Source: Heteronotia binoei
Taxonomy: Eukaryota
Length of the DNA: 64,000 nucleotides
Assembly (NCBI RefSeq): GCF_032191835.1
Contig: NC_083237.1
Coordinates: forward strand, 67,642,001 to 67,706,000
Reading direction: 5' to 3'
Position 1 is the stretch's first letter, and every line of letters starts with the position of its first letter. Position numbers and translations under genes: made by a program. Positions 49,230 through 61,018 of this stretch are shown one piece after another. The notes under the pieces were generated by a model. The model worked only from the letters and a program-made list of their open reading frames with translations, was not told where the DNA came from and made no database searches.

Positions 49230-50150
49230 TAAGAGCCTTGCTCAGGTCCTCGTGGCTTTCTTGCTGGAGCCCCTCCATCTTGTGATGAGCCACTTTTCCT
49301 AGCATTGATTGACTGCTGTTTTCTCGTTATCTGACCAAAGTGTGAGAGCTTCAGTGTAGCCATTTTAGCTTCTAGGGAGAATTCAGGCTTGATTTGTTTT
49401 CTAGAACCCGCTCGGTTGTCTTTGGGGCAGTTCATGGTATCCATGAAACTCTCCTCCGACACCACCATGTTTTCTCCCTCTCTGCTTTCTCCATTGTCCA
49501 GCTTGCACAGCCAAAGGCAGGAATAGGGACTCCCATGGCATGAATGGAGTTGGTCTTGGTCTTCTGGCTCCTTCCCAGCTGCCTTTCCTGGCCTCTGGCT
49601 TCTTGGGGGCAGCTTCCTTTTGGGGGATGATGGAGCCAAGGAGTAGGAAACCGTGAAGAACTTCCATGTCTTCACTGTCAGCCTCTCATTCCCCAGGAGT
49701 TGTCATGTTTGGCTTCTTGATGTTCAGTTGTTGTCCTACTTTGGCACTTTTCAGCCTTAACCTTCATCAGGAGTCGTTTCAGCCCTTTTACTCTTTTTTG
49801 CCAGTAATGTGGTGTCATCTGCATATCTCTGATATGGTTGAGTACTGGCTGTTCATGTTCCTTCCACCAGTTTTCACTCCGTTTTCACTCATTTCCGGCT
49901 TTCCTTATATGCTCTACGTATAAATTGAAGAGAGAGATGAAGTGTGTTGTTGCCTGACACCATTTCCAGTGGAAGACCTTTCTGTTTCTCCGCCTTCTAA
50001 CCGCAGCCTCTCGTCCAGAGTACTGGTTGGGCATCCGAACAGTCAGATGTTGTGGCATACCCACTGCTTTTAAAGCCAGCCATAACTTTTCATGATCCAC
50101 GCAGTCAAAAGCTTTGCTGTCATCAATGAAATGCAAGCTGGTTTTCTTCT
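49230..50150 (-). mobile_element. BovB (RTE) degenerate fragment
   Basis: FIDDSKAFDCVDHEKLW and QIKPEFSLEAKMATLKLSHFGQ remnants. Confidence 0.75.
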
Positions 50151-50469
50151 GAAATTAGTCCTATTATTGATTGATGGGGTTCAAGTGGGCAGCCGTGTTG
50201 GTCTGAAGCAATAGAACAAAGCAGCAGACAAGTTGCACCTTTATTCATTTTCACTGCAAAAGCATTCTCACACCACGTTGTGAACAGATGAGGGAGCCTG
50301 TGTATTTAGGGAGTATCTCTGAAACACAGCAAACCTTTTCCAGTACCATAAATATTCTTCTGCCAGATGGCGATACCTACGTGTTCTCTAGCTTGTAAAT
50401 AATGGAGAATAACCTGACATTTGACCAGCCATCTCTAATCAAGGAATGGGGCTTGACATACTGCCCCCC

Positions 50470-51260
50470 CCCTCAGTCTGGCCTCTGGGGTTTGTGCGGA
50501 TGTTTGGCATAAAACTGTTTGATTAGTAACAGAACTTTTACATCCGTCCCAACCACCCATTCATCGTGTGATTGCAGAAAATGCTTCCATCTGATCAAGA
50601 AGTACAACACTCCCCTTTTCATTTTAGCATCTAAAATCTCCCCCGCTTCATGATGATTTTGGATCCCAATGGGGATCGGGTCTGGGGCTGGCGGTCGAGG
50701 GTGCCAACGTGTTGCACCAGGGTCTCTCCGGAGTAAACTGAAATGAAAGACAGGGTGAATTTTACTAAACATCTTACGTAAATCCAATTCTACAATTACT
50801 TTGTTTATAATCCGTTTTATACGAAAAGGTCCCAAGAACTTGTACACCAATTTCTTAGATGACTGCGAAAGAGGCAGATTTTTGGTGGCTAAAAATACTG
50901 TCTCCCACTTTAAAGTCCCAAGTGGGGGAATGGGTTCTAGCATAATGTTTTTTATAAGACTCTTTAGCGGTGTCCAGGTTTTCCTGGATGTTAGTCCAGA
51001 CTTGCCCTAATTTGTTTCACCATTGTTCGAAGGAGGGTAGTTCCAGTGCTTCCCTTCCTGGCAGTAGGGTTAGGAGTAGTCTTGGTGAAGCCGTGCACAC
51101 TGTAATTGTATCCATACTCCACGAACAGGAGCAACTTTATCCAGTTAGATTGTTGATGATTCACGAAACACCGTAAATATTGTTCTAGCACTGCGTTCGT
51201 GTGTTCTGTCTCTCCGTTCTGCCAGAAGTTCTGTTCGTGTGTTCTGCCAGAAGTTGGCAA
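50470..51260 (-). mobile_element. Gypsy (chromovirus) integrase C-terminus plus chromodomain remnant
   Basis: GETEHTNAVLEQYLRCFVNHQQSNW; GPFRI...IHPVFH; EILDAKMKRGVLYFLIRWKHF..SHDEW. Confidence 0.88.
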
Positions 51261-51599
51261 TGAACTGAGACCCTTCCTTCCTGAGGCATGGCGGAGGGGA
51301 GCCCGCTTTTAAAAAAACAGTCAATTAATTAAAAAGTCCAGGCGTCATGTGGCTGCTTTTGAGCTCATGTTCAAATGGCAGCTGCAGGCAGGAGCCTTCT
51401 CCTCAGGAAGTGCTGGCGTAGAGGAGGATGCCGAGGCTCAGCTGAAGGGGGCAGTAGAGAGAGAGAGGAGTTTGGAACCTTCTCTTAGACAGGATGCTTG
51501 TGACAAGGAAACTAACCCATTTCCTTTGCAGATCTTTTTAATATTGTGTATTTGAGCGACCTAATGCTGTGAAACTCCCTTCCCGGCTTTCGAGCACAG

Positions 51600-51687
51600 G
51601 GAGAAGAATGCTGCGGAGAGGGTGTTCAGCCTCATGCCAGAGAAAAATGCCCATTCCTATTGCACAATGATCCGGGGGATGGTGAAG
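51600..51687 (+). CDS. PTCD3: PTCD3 exon 10 (PPR)
   Basis: [29 protein letters not shown]; 88 nt. Confidence 0.96.
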
Positions 51688-51783
51688 GTAGGTCATCACC
51701 ATTGAATACCTGCTGCTTTCCCCAACAGAGTCAGGAGAACAGTCCCCAATGTTGTTATTGTTCTTATTTTGTTCTGTTTTCAG

Positions 51784-51844
51784 CATAGAGCTCCCGTGAA
51801 GGCTTTTGACATGTACACGGAGTTGCTGAACAACAGGCTGCAGG
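51784..51844 (+). CDS. PTCD3: PTCD3 exon 11 (PPR)
   Basis: HRAPVKAFDMYTELLNNRLQ; 61 nt. Confidence 0.95.
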
Positions 51845-51854
51845 GTGAGTCTTG

Positions 51855-52285
51855 TTTTTTTTTAATAAACAATCATTATCAAAGATTGTCCAATGTCCTT
51901 TTATTTTCCACTCTTTTTCTACGTATCTTTTGAACTTCTTCCACTCCAACTTAAAAAGTTCCAAATCATAGTCTCTTAATTTTCTTGTTAGTTTGTCCAT
52001 TTCACTCCATGACATAACTTTTATAATCCAATCCCATTTCTCTGGCATTTTTTCTTGCTTCCACAGCTGCGCATACAATGTCCTAGCAGCTGAGAGCAAG
52101 TACCATATTAAAGTTCTGTCTTCTTTTGGAAATTTTTCCATTTGTAATCCCAGCAGAAAAGTATCTGCCACTTTCTTGAATTCATATCCCAAAATCTTAG
52201 AAATCTCTTGCTGAATCATTTGCCAAAACATTTTAGCCCTTTCACAAGTCCACCACATATGGTAGAAAGAACCTTCATGAGTCTT
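51855..52285 (-). mobile_element. L1 3' end
   Basis: HEGSFYHMWWTCERAKMFW...LLSAARTLYAQLWK...; poly(A) tail seen as T9 at 51855-51863. Confidence 0.88.
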
Positions 52286-52842
52286 GTTTGGGGGGGGGGC
52301 ACCAGAGGCCCACATCAGCCTGGGAGGGGCTTCAGAATGAGCGCAGGAAGTATTGCCCAGTGACACGAGCTGTGTTGCTTCTCCCACTTAGATTGATATG
52401 AACCCCTTTATCCCGGCCCCCCTCCCCCGACTCCTCAGGGGCTTTCTCTGCAGCTCCTCCAGGCCTGTGGGACAGTCGGAAGGGCCGGCTGGTCTTTTGC
52501 GCTCCCATCAGACCTGTAAGGCTGAAGATTTTAAGAGACCCTTTGGAATCTCTCAATCTGTCGTGGAGTCTGTTGTCCTTGGAGGCAGGGTCTCTTTGGG
52601 GTGTCATCTGCAAGTTTTCTGCTGCTTTCTGCTCTAATTTATGTGGTCTTGGGACCCACCTACCTTGGAAAAAGGCAGGCTTGTGAATGCTCTGAGAGCA
52701 TGACTAAGATGCCCTGGCCTGGTCTGTAATGCACAGGCCCATGTGAGTGCTTTGCCATTGTTATCACCATGTTACAGGCTTGACAGAAAATTGAATGGGT
52801 AATGCTTTGGTGGTTGTTTGCTTCTCCTTTGGATTTTTGTTT

Positions 52843-52988
52843 GTGGCCGTGATGATTGGCGCAGGGGTACTGACCTCAGCTAGATCATGGGAGCTGAGTG
52901 TGAGCTGTCTTGTGCTCCAGCACGGCTGGCGTGTGGCTGGCTGTCTGGGGAGCGGCTTACATGACAACTCTGCCTGACACTGAGCCAC
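52843..52988 (+). ncRNA. SNORD94: SNORD94 (U94) box C/D snoRNA, guide for U6 snRNA Cm62
   Basis: Terminal stem GTGGC/GCCAC, box C GTGATGA (52849-55), box D' CTGA (52870-73), box D CTGA (52980-83). Guide GCGCAGGGG is complementary to U6 nt 60-68, and the D'+5 rule gives C62. Ends 69 nt upstream of exon 12; PTCD3 is the known host gene. Confidence 0.93.
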
Positions 52989-53057
52989 CTGACACAGGTT
53001 TGCAAATGTGCACTAAACAGCTGCTTGGAGTATAACTGCCTTTCCAATTTTTCACAG

Positions 53058-53140
53058 GCGATGTGCATACCTTTAATGCATTAATTTCCTCAGCTGTGGA
53101 AGTGAAGAATAAATATGTTGAAAGATGGAACCTTGTGGAA
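53058..53140 (+). CDS. PTCD3: PTCD3 exon 12 (PPR)
   Basis: GDVHTFNALISSAVEVKNKYVERWNLVE; 83 nt. Confidence 0.94.
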
Positions 53141-53639
53141 GTAAGTGTGCTGGAGGGGGGAGAGTTTGCAAGCATCTGCCTAGGTCACTTTCTCCACTCT
53201 GGGTGGGCCACACCATTCTCCTCTCCTCCACTTGATCCGCACAACAACCCTGTGAGGTCGGTGAGGCTGAGAGAGCAGGACTGCCCCTTCCTCAGCTCCT
53301 GCCACCAGCTCCAGCGTGGGGGAGGATTCAAAACATCTCCCCGATCATGAGTGGGCCTTGCAGCTGACAAATGCCAACCTTCTTTGGTGATTATTATGTG
53401 CAAAAAAAGTGTATGCCTGTTTTGAACCTTTGTTAAATTTATGCTAAAAACCTTCCTGTATAGGTTATATTCCTTACAGAGCATGAATTGCTAAGGTGAG
53501 ATCTGAGTTCAGATTCTGAAACCTTCAAAGGGGCAGGATTGCTTTGAGATTAAGGCATTCTTCATCCCTCTGACCTCCGGTGTTGTTTTGCTATCAAAAG
53601 TTGCAGCTGGCGTCTGGGGACTCTGTCGAGTTGTCAGGC

Positions 53640-53775
53640 AAGAGACGGCCAGAGGTGGGTTGCCTCCTGACCCTGGTGCTCCTGGGAGGTCTCCCATCCA
53701 AAGGCTGACCAGGCCCAACACTGCTTAGCTCTGAGATCTGCCAAGATGGGGCTGGGCTGGGCCCTCCAGGCTGGG
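53640..53775 (-). mobile_element. 5S rRNA-derived SINE fragment
   Basis: GGTCTCCCATCCAAAGGCTGACCAGGCCCAACACTGCTTAGCT..GAGATCTG is a diverged reverse complement of the 5S internal control region, joined to non-5S SINE body. Confidence 0.65.
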
Positions 53776-54389
53776 ATGGATGTAGTGGGGGGGGGGGCAG
53801 CAAATGAATCCCAGCGGGTGTGTGACAAAAGCTGAAACAAGTCATTACAGGTGGAAGTTTAACACCAGATCAACCCATGCAAAAACAGTGCTCAAAACCA
53901 CATTTGAACACTATAATTCCATAACCTGTAAAATTTCTAAACATTCCACTGAATGTTTAGAAGGTACCACAGGTCAGACCAGGAGGTGAGTATCCTGTTG
54001 GGACAAAAGCAGAATGAGATGTGTATAGCGAAAACACGATTCTGCTTCCTTCCAAACAACAATGTGACAAAATCATGCACAAGGAACCAAAATGCAGCCC
54101 CAAAATCCAGGAAGGATCCTCCTACATAATATTGAGACAAGCCATTTCATCCAAGATCTGGAGTTTTACACACTGGGACACTGTGCCCAAAACGGGGGGT
54201 GAGGTCTTTCCCACCAGCCAGTAGTTTGTTTAAGCTTCTTGAATTAAGGGGAAGGGTCTTCATGATCTCTTTCAAGATGGTGGAGACTGACCTCTCTCTT
54301 AGGGAAGCATTTACTGCTTCCTAGGCCCAGTTCAGTGTGACTGACCATAATGGGCAAGGTCAGGGACACTGGTGTGGGAGCTAGAGACG

Positions 54390-56310
54390 TCATGTTGGAT
54401 CAGGCCAGTTGCCCATCCAGTGCAACACTCTGTGTCACATAAGAACATAAGAGAAGCCATGTTGGATCAGGCCAATGGCCCCTCCAGTCCAACACTCTGT
54501 GTCACAGTAGAACATAAGAGAAGCCATGTTGGATCAGGCCAGTGGCCCATCCAGTCCAACACTCTGGGTCACATAAGAACATAAGAGAAGCCATGTTGGA
54601 TCAGGCCAGTGGCCCATCCAGTCCAACACTCTGGGTCACATAAGAACATAAGAGAAGCCATGTTGGATCAGGCCAGTGGCCCATCCAGTCCAACACTCTG
54701 GGTCACATAAGAACATAAGAGAAGTCATGTTGGATCAGGCCAGTGGCCCATCCAGTCCAACACTCTGTGTCACATAAGAACATAAGAGAAGCCATGTTGG
54801 ATCAGGCCAGTGGCCCATCCAGTGCAACACTCTGTGTTACAGTAGAACATAAGAGAAGCCATGTTGGATCAGGCCAGTGGCCCATCCAGTCCAATACTCT
54901 GTGTCACAGTAGAACATAAGAGAAGCCATGTTGGATCAGGCCAGTGGCCCATCCAGTCCAACACTCTGTGTCACATAAGAACATAAGAGAAGCCATGTTG
55001 GATCAGGCCAGTTGCCCATCCAGTGCAACACTCTGTGTCACATAAGAACATAAGAGAAGCCATGTTGGATCAGGCCAATGGCCCCTCCAGTCCAACACTC
55101 TGTGTCACAGTAGAACATAAGAGAAGCCATGTTGGATCAGGCCAGTGGCCCATCCAGTCCAACACTCTGGGTCACATAAGAACATAAGAGAAGCCATGTT
55201 GGATCAGGCCAGTGGCCCATCCAGTCCAACACTCTGTGTCACATAAGAAGATAAGAGAAGCCCTGTTGGATCAGGCCAGTGGCCCATCCAGTCCAACACT
55301 CTGTGTCCCATAAGAGAAGCCCTGTTGGATCAGGCCAGTGGCCCATCCAGTCCAACACTCTGTGTCACATAAGAACATAAGAGAAGCCATGTTGGATCAG
55401 GCCAGTGGCCCATCCAGTGCAACACTCTGTGTCACAGTAGAACATAAGAGAAGCCATGTTGGATCAGGCCAGTTGCCCATCCAGTCCAACACTCTGTGTC
55501 ACATAAGAACATAAGAGAAGCCATGTTGGATCAGGCCAGTTGCCCATCCAGTGCAACACTCTGTGTCACATAAGAACATAAGAGAAGCCATGTTGGATCA
55601 GGCCAATGGCCCCTCCAGTCCAACACTCTGTGTCACAGTAGAACATAAGAGAAGCCATGTTGGATCAGGCCAGTGGCCCATCCAGTCCAACACTCTGTGT
55701 CACAGAAGAACATAAGAGAAGCCCTGTTGGATCAGGCCAGTGGCCCCTCCAGTCCAACAGTCTGTGTCACATAAGAACATAAGAGAAGCCATGTTGGATC
55801 AGGCCAGTTGCCCATCCAGTGCAACACTCTGTGTCACATAAGAACATAAGAGAAGCCATGTTGGATCAGGCCAATGGCCCCTCCAGTCCAACACTCTGTG
55901 TCACAGTAGAACATAAGAGAAGCCATGTTGGATCAGGCCAGTGGCCCATCCAGTCCAACACTCTGTGTCACAGAAGAACATAAGAGAAGCCCTGTTGGAT
56001 CAGGCCAGTGCCCCCTCCAGTCCAACAGTCTGTGTCACATAAGAACATAAGAGAAGCCATGTTGGATCAGGCCAGTTGCCCATCCAGTGCAACACTCTGT
56101 GTCACATAAGAACATAAGAGAAGCCATGTTGGATCAGGCCAATGGCCCATCCAGTCCAACACTCTGTGTCACATAAGAACATAAGAGAAGCCCTGTTGGA
56201 TCAGGCCAGTGGCCCATCCAGTCCAACACTCTGTGTCACAGAAGAACATAAGAGAAGCCATGTTGGATCAGGCCAGTGGCCCATCCAGTCCAACACTCTG
56301 TGTCACACAG
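54390..56310 (-). repeat. Minisatellite of about 29 copies of the CR1 3'-terminal 67-bp unit
   Basis: Unit CATAAGAACATAAGAGAAGCCATGTTGGATCAGGCCAGTGGCCCATCCAGTCCAACACTCTGTGTCA matches the CR1 tails at 33617 and 42483. It runs into a single CR1 3' UTR at 56310-56457. Confidence 0.95.
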
Positions 56311-56457
56311 TGGCCCAAAAAACCAGGTGCCATCAGGTGGTCCATCAGTGGGGCTAGAAGTCCTCTCACTGTGCCTGCCCCCCAAGCACCCAGAATACAG
56401 AGCATCACTGCTACAGAAAGAGTTCCAACAATACGTTGTGGCTAATAGCCACTGATC

Positions 56458-57135
56458 ATAGAGTTGGAAGGGATCTCCAGGGTCATCTAGCCCAACCCCC
56501 TGCACAATGCAGGAAACTCACAAATACTTCCCCCTAAATTCACAGGATCTTCGTTGCTGTCAGATGGCCATCTAGGCTCTGTTTAAAAACCTCCAATGAA
56601 GGAGAGCCCACCACCTCCCGAGGAAGCCTGTTCCACTGAGGAATCGCTCTAACGGTCAGGAAGTTCTTCCTAATGTTGAGCCGGAAACTCTTTTGATTTA
56701 ATTTCAACCCGCTGGTTCTGGTCCGGCCTTCTGAGTCCACAGAAAACAATTCCACACCATCCTCTATATAACAGCCCTTCAAGTACTTGAAGATGGTGAT
56801 CATATCACCTCTCAGCCTCCTTCTCTCCAGCTCCTTCAGCTCCTTCAACCTTTCCTCATAGGACTTGGTCTCCAGACCCCTCACCATCTTCGTCGCTCTC
56901 CTCTGGACCCATTCCAGCTTGTCTATATCCTTCTTAAAATGTGGTGCCCAAAACTGAACACAATACTCCAGGGGAGGTCTTACCAGAGCAGAGTAAAGTG
57001 ATACCATCAATCACTTCATGTGATCTGGACACTATACTTCTGTTGATACAGCCCAAAATTGCATTTGCCTTTTTAGACACAGCATCACACTGTTGACTCA
57101 TGTTCAGCGTATGATCCACTAAGATCCTTTTTGCG
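56458..57135 (-). mobile_element. CR1 3' fragment
   Basis: [38 protein letters not shown]...[14 protein letters not shown]. Confidence 0.92.
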
Positions 57136-57416
57136 TGGACATCTGCTATGATTTTGGGGCTGCTGCAAACCTACAGCGTTTGAACTTGGACAGACATTCT
57201 GTAGCTTTAGAAAAAGTATACTTGATTATAAAACTCTGGCTTCAATGGAGGGCCTTGGTGTGGTTCACCTGGATCAATATTGAGATCAGCGGTGGAGCAG
57301 TCCTCTTCCGTTGGGAGGGGGGGGTCAACTGAGAACCTGTCCTGTGGGGGGGGGGCGACCCCTTCATAGTGTTGAGCTGGCTCCAACTCCTGCTTCTTGG
57401 GTTCCTCTTCCAACAG

Positions 57417-57561
57417 AGCTTGCTGACAGAGATGGCGCAACAGAATGTACGGCCAAACCTGCTGACCTTTAACTCTGTGCTGAAGGTGCTGGGCCAGTGC
57501 GGCTCTTTGAGCAGGAGCCTGGCTTTGCAGACCTTGAGTGAGATGAGTGCCCTCCGGATAG
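57417..57561 (+). CDS. PTCD3: PTCD3 exon 13 (PPR)
   Basis: SLLTEMAQQNVRPNLLTFNSVLKVL...ALQTLSEMSALRI; 145 nt. Confidence 0.95.
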
Positions 57562-60500
57562 GTAAGAGCGCCCCCCCCCCCCGCCAACCTCTGGTTCTGT
57601 GCTTCCAATGACACACTGCAGCTGCACAGACATTGCGTCCCTGGAACAGTCCATCCTGGCCGCGGGGGGTGGGGGGTGGGGAGGAAGGCATGGGGTGCTC
57701 ATCCTTGGCCTGCCTGGAGGGCCCCTTGCCTGGCTGCTCAGTGTCGCTTCAGAGCTCTGCAAACAGGGGCTCTGTTGTGTCACATTTTATTATTGACATT
57801 TTCTGGGGGGAGGGTTTCTTTTGTACATGAGCCCCCACCAGTTTTGTTATGAACGGGACTTAAATGGGTTGCCTCAAGGCTTCCTGAAACAGGCAAGCAG
57901 GCAAAAGAAGTGAAACAGATGTGGCTGTTCTTGTTGAGTTGCTTGCAGGGAGTTGCATGGCAGATGACCACTGGGGAAGTGCTTCTTGCCTGCCTGCCTG
58001 CCAGATTGCTGAGGCCGGAGTCCTGACCTTGGCTGTCCAGCCCTGTGGCTCTAGCTGCTGAGGGGAGCAGGAAGTGGCTCATCTGGCCCCAAACATTAAG
58101 CAGCATGATGTGGGGAGGGAGATCTACCACCACCTTCCTTTCCGGATGCTGTTAGAGTCCACAGTCTCCTCTGGGGAGCCTCCATGAGTCTCCCTCACAA
58201 CAGGCCTGTGAGGTTGGTTCAGGTGAAAAGGCTCAAGGAAGTTTCAGAGCAGAGAGGAGCTGGAGCCTGTCCCAGCCTGACCCTTCTGCTGCCCACTCGG
58301 CCTGATTCTGACCCGCCCACCCCCCCCTCCCGCCCCGGGGCAGCTTGGGCCTTTTTGCTCGAGCAGCAGGTTTCTTCCCGTCTTGATGGCTCCTTCTTGG
58401 TGCTTCTGGTCTCTTCAGTGTCCCAGGAGAGCTGCAGCTCGGAGAGCCCCGCCCATCTCGGCACCTGTGGCCTGGCTGCCTGGCCCTGCAGGGGTGGCGG
58501 CTGAAACCTTCTGCCATTCTGGCCCATTCTGCTCACGCTTTCTTTTAACGCCACCTCTCATTTGCAGGTTTTTCTGCAAGTTTGTCTAAAGAGATGTTTC
58601 CTCTCTTCCAGAGGATTGTGTGGATTGGCAGAAGGGGCCACGCTGATGTGGCTCTATAGTGTGGCCACCCTTTAATTGCCACAGTAGCTCTGGGGCCATC
58701 TCTCCCCACCAGTGTGGGGCGCGAGCCAGCCCTTCTGCGGAGGCGGGCAGAGGAAGGCCCCCCTCTCCTGACTTCTCTCTGGCTGTCTCTTCATTCAGGC
58801 GAGAGGGCGCACTGACTGGCCCTGCTGAAGAGCGGCTGCCCCCTGCCATGGCTCTGGGGGAGATGGAGGGGCCCCCAGCCCAGTGCCCCCCTCCAGCCCC
58901 TCCCCCCGGGCACAGGAAGGACCTGGAGGGCACAGTCCTTCTGCCGCTGCTCTCCCCCCCCCCCGTGCTGTGAGGGGCTCAGGCAGACCCTCCCCCACCC
59001 GCCTCCTTTTCTGCTTCTTTTTGCTGACACTCAGCTGGTGTCGTGAGGCCATTCTTCCTCTTCCCTCCTCCGCAGGCGCCCTTGTCTCCCGGAGGGGTGG
59101 CTCTGCCAGCTTGCTCTGGAGGGCGGTTTGGGAAGGCTTCAGGCAGCCGGATCCCACCTCCTCTCCGGCTTGTTCTGCATTGGGACCTGGCTGGCCTTGA
59201 ACTCGGCCTCACGGTTCTTGCTTGACTGTCTCCCTCTGGGGGGGGAGGGGAGGTTATGAGTTCTGCCACCAAAGGTCTGTCCTGCCTGCTCTTGTGGGAT
59301 TGTCTGGATGACCTCTCCTTCCCCCTGTGCACTTCACGGGCAGCGGCCAGCCGTCAGCAAGCCTGCTCACGGGTGCTCAGCCGAGGCAACTGACCGTACC
59401 ACTGCTCTAGAGGACTTGCCAGCAGCTGGGCCGTCTGCAGCCTTTGCGGAGTACTGGCTCAGGCTGTGCAGCGGTGCTTCTGCTCTTCCATGGAGCCGGC
59501 CTGCAGCTCCTGAACGTGGCCACTCCCTGCCTCGCCAGCCCTTGCACTCAAAGAGTCCTCTCCTCCAGCCCCCTGCACAAATACCTCCCCCCCCACACCC
59601 CCAGTGTCCCCTGCTCCACCCTCAGAAGATGGCAAGACAAGAAACAGAACACCCCTCCAGAATCCCTGGACAGAGTGGCCTGGAGAAAGATGGCTGCCTT
59701 AATGAAGGGGAAGAAGGAGCATCCCCATTTCACCTCATTCTCCTCCCCACCCTTCACACAGACGTTCCCCATACTGATCCCGTTTCCCATGGCAGCTTTT
59801 TCTTGGCCACAGTCTCTGCCGGGGACTTCCCCACCCCCTCTGGGTGACTCTCAAAGGCCCTGCTGACCCCGTAGCTCTGGCCCTTTCTGTCCTGGGCAGA
59901 GAGACCCAGCACTTCCCTGCCCCACAGATCAGCAGCTGCACTGGCAGCATTCTGTGCAAGGCCCCCCTCCCCCCCACTGGAGAATTGGGCAAGGGAACGA
60001 CGTGAGCACTGATCTCCTTCCTCCTCCGTCACGGCCAGTCCTGCATGTGCACACTGAAGGAGGGTTTCCCATCTAGCAACTCCACTCTGCATGAAACCAG
60101 TCCCAGCTCCCCCCTGACCCAGAGGCCCTGCTCTGGAACCTTCTGCCCTGGATTCCCTCCCCATCTGGGGCTTAGCGGGGCTGCGGCCGAGGGAGCCCAG
60201 ACCCAGCCGGGCCTTCCTGTGGCCACGTTGCTGGTGGGGGGGGGGGGCCAGGCTCACAAAGGTTGTCTTCTTCCCCCTTGATATTGTGGTTCTTGTTTGT
60301 GTTTGGTCTAGAATGTCTGCCTTTCTGTTCCATGGAGAGACGTGGCTCTTTTTCACGTTTGCGCTTTATGGGCCCAGCTGTCTCCCTTCCCTTTTCTACT
60401 CAGCCCGGGGGAGTTTCGCACGCTGTTTGGCAATTTACGGGCCAAGGCTGGGATTCTGCGGAGCACGTGGGCTCTTCCTCTTTTTCTACATTTTTTGTTT

Positions 60501-60967
60501 TGTATTTGTGTTTTGTTATTTGTTGAGGTATGGCAATTAAGCAAAGAAAAATTTTAAAGACGAAGGATTCTGCATGATAAGGACTCGGGGTCTATTTTTT
60601 TGCATCTCGGAGGGAGTGCTACAGGTTTTGTCTTGTTTATGTAGTGCTGGGTATTTTAACTGTTTTTATCTGAATAACTGGGCAGGGGGGCGGAGCCAGA
60701 GTCCAGTGGCAGCCCCCGGTCTTCCAGGTGCCCCTGGACTCACCTTTGCTCTTGTGGCTTCAGACCAATAAGACGACCCACCTGGATCTTTTTTGTGGGA
60801 ATCTGGGCTCAGGTCTCGCCTTTCTAACATGAACAAATGAAGAAGTGGCTCAAACAGCCAATTAATTTGGCCAGACACGTCAAAATTAAATACTACTCAG
60901 TTGGCAAAGAGCATATTATCTTTTCTGTCCCCCAGTTCAGTAATCCCTCTGTCTCCCTTCATTTCAG

Positions 60968-61018
60968 AACCCAGTTTGGCAACCTATGACCATCTCCTGG
61001 GCATATTTGCTAGATCTG
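60968..61018 (+). CDS. PTCD3: PTCD3 exon 14
   Basis: EPSLATYDHLLGIFARS; 51 nt. Confidence 0.93.

Noticed and set aside
53683-53775. 5S rRNA gene
   Set aside because: Partial, heavily diverged and fused to SINE body sequence.
53851-53986. Extra PTCD3 exon (CAG...GTGAGT boundaries)
   Set aside because: It has a stop in the required frame, no PTCD3 similarity, and exons 12 and 13 already join in frame.
54390-56310. CRISPR-like regular repeat array
   Set aside because: There are no unique spacers, the whole unit is CR1 3' end, the context is a vertebrate intron, and no cas genes are present.
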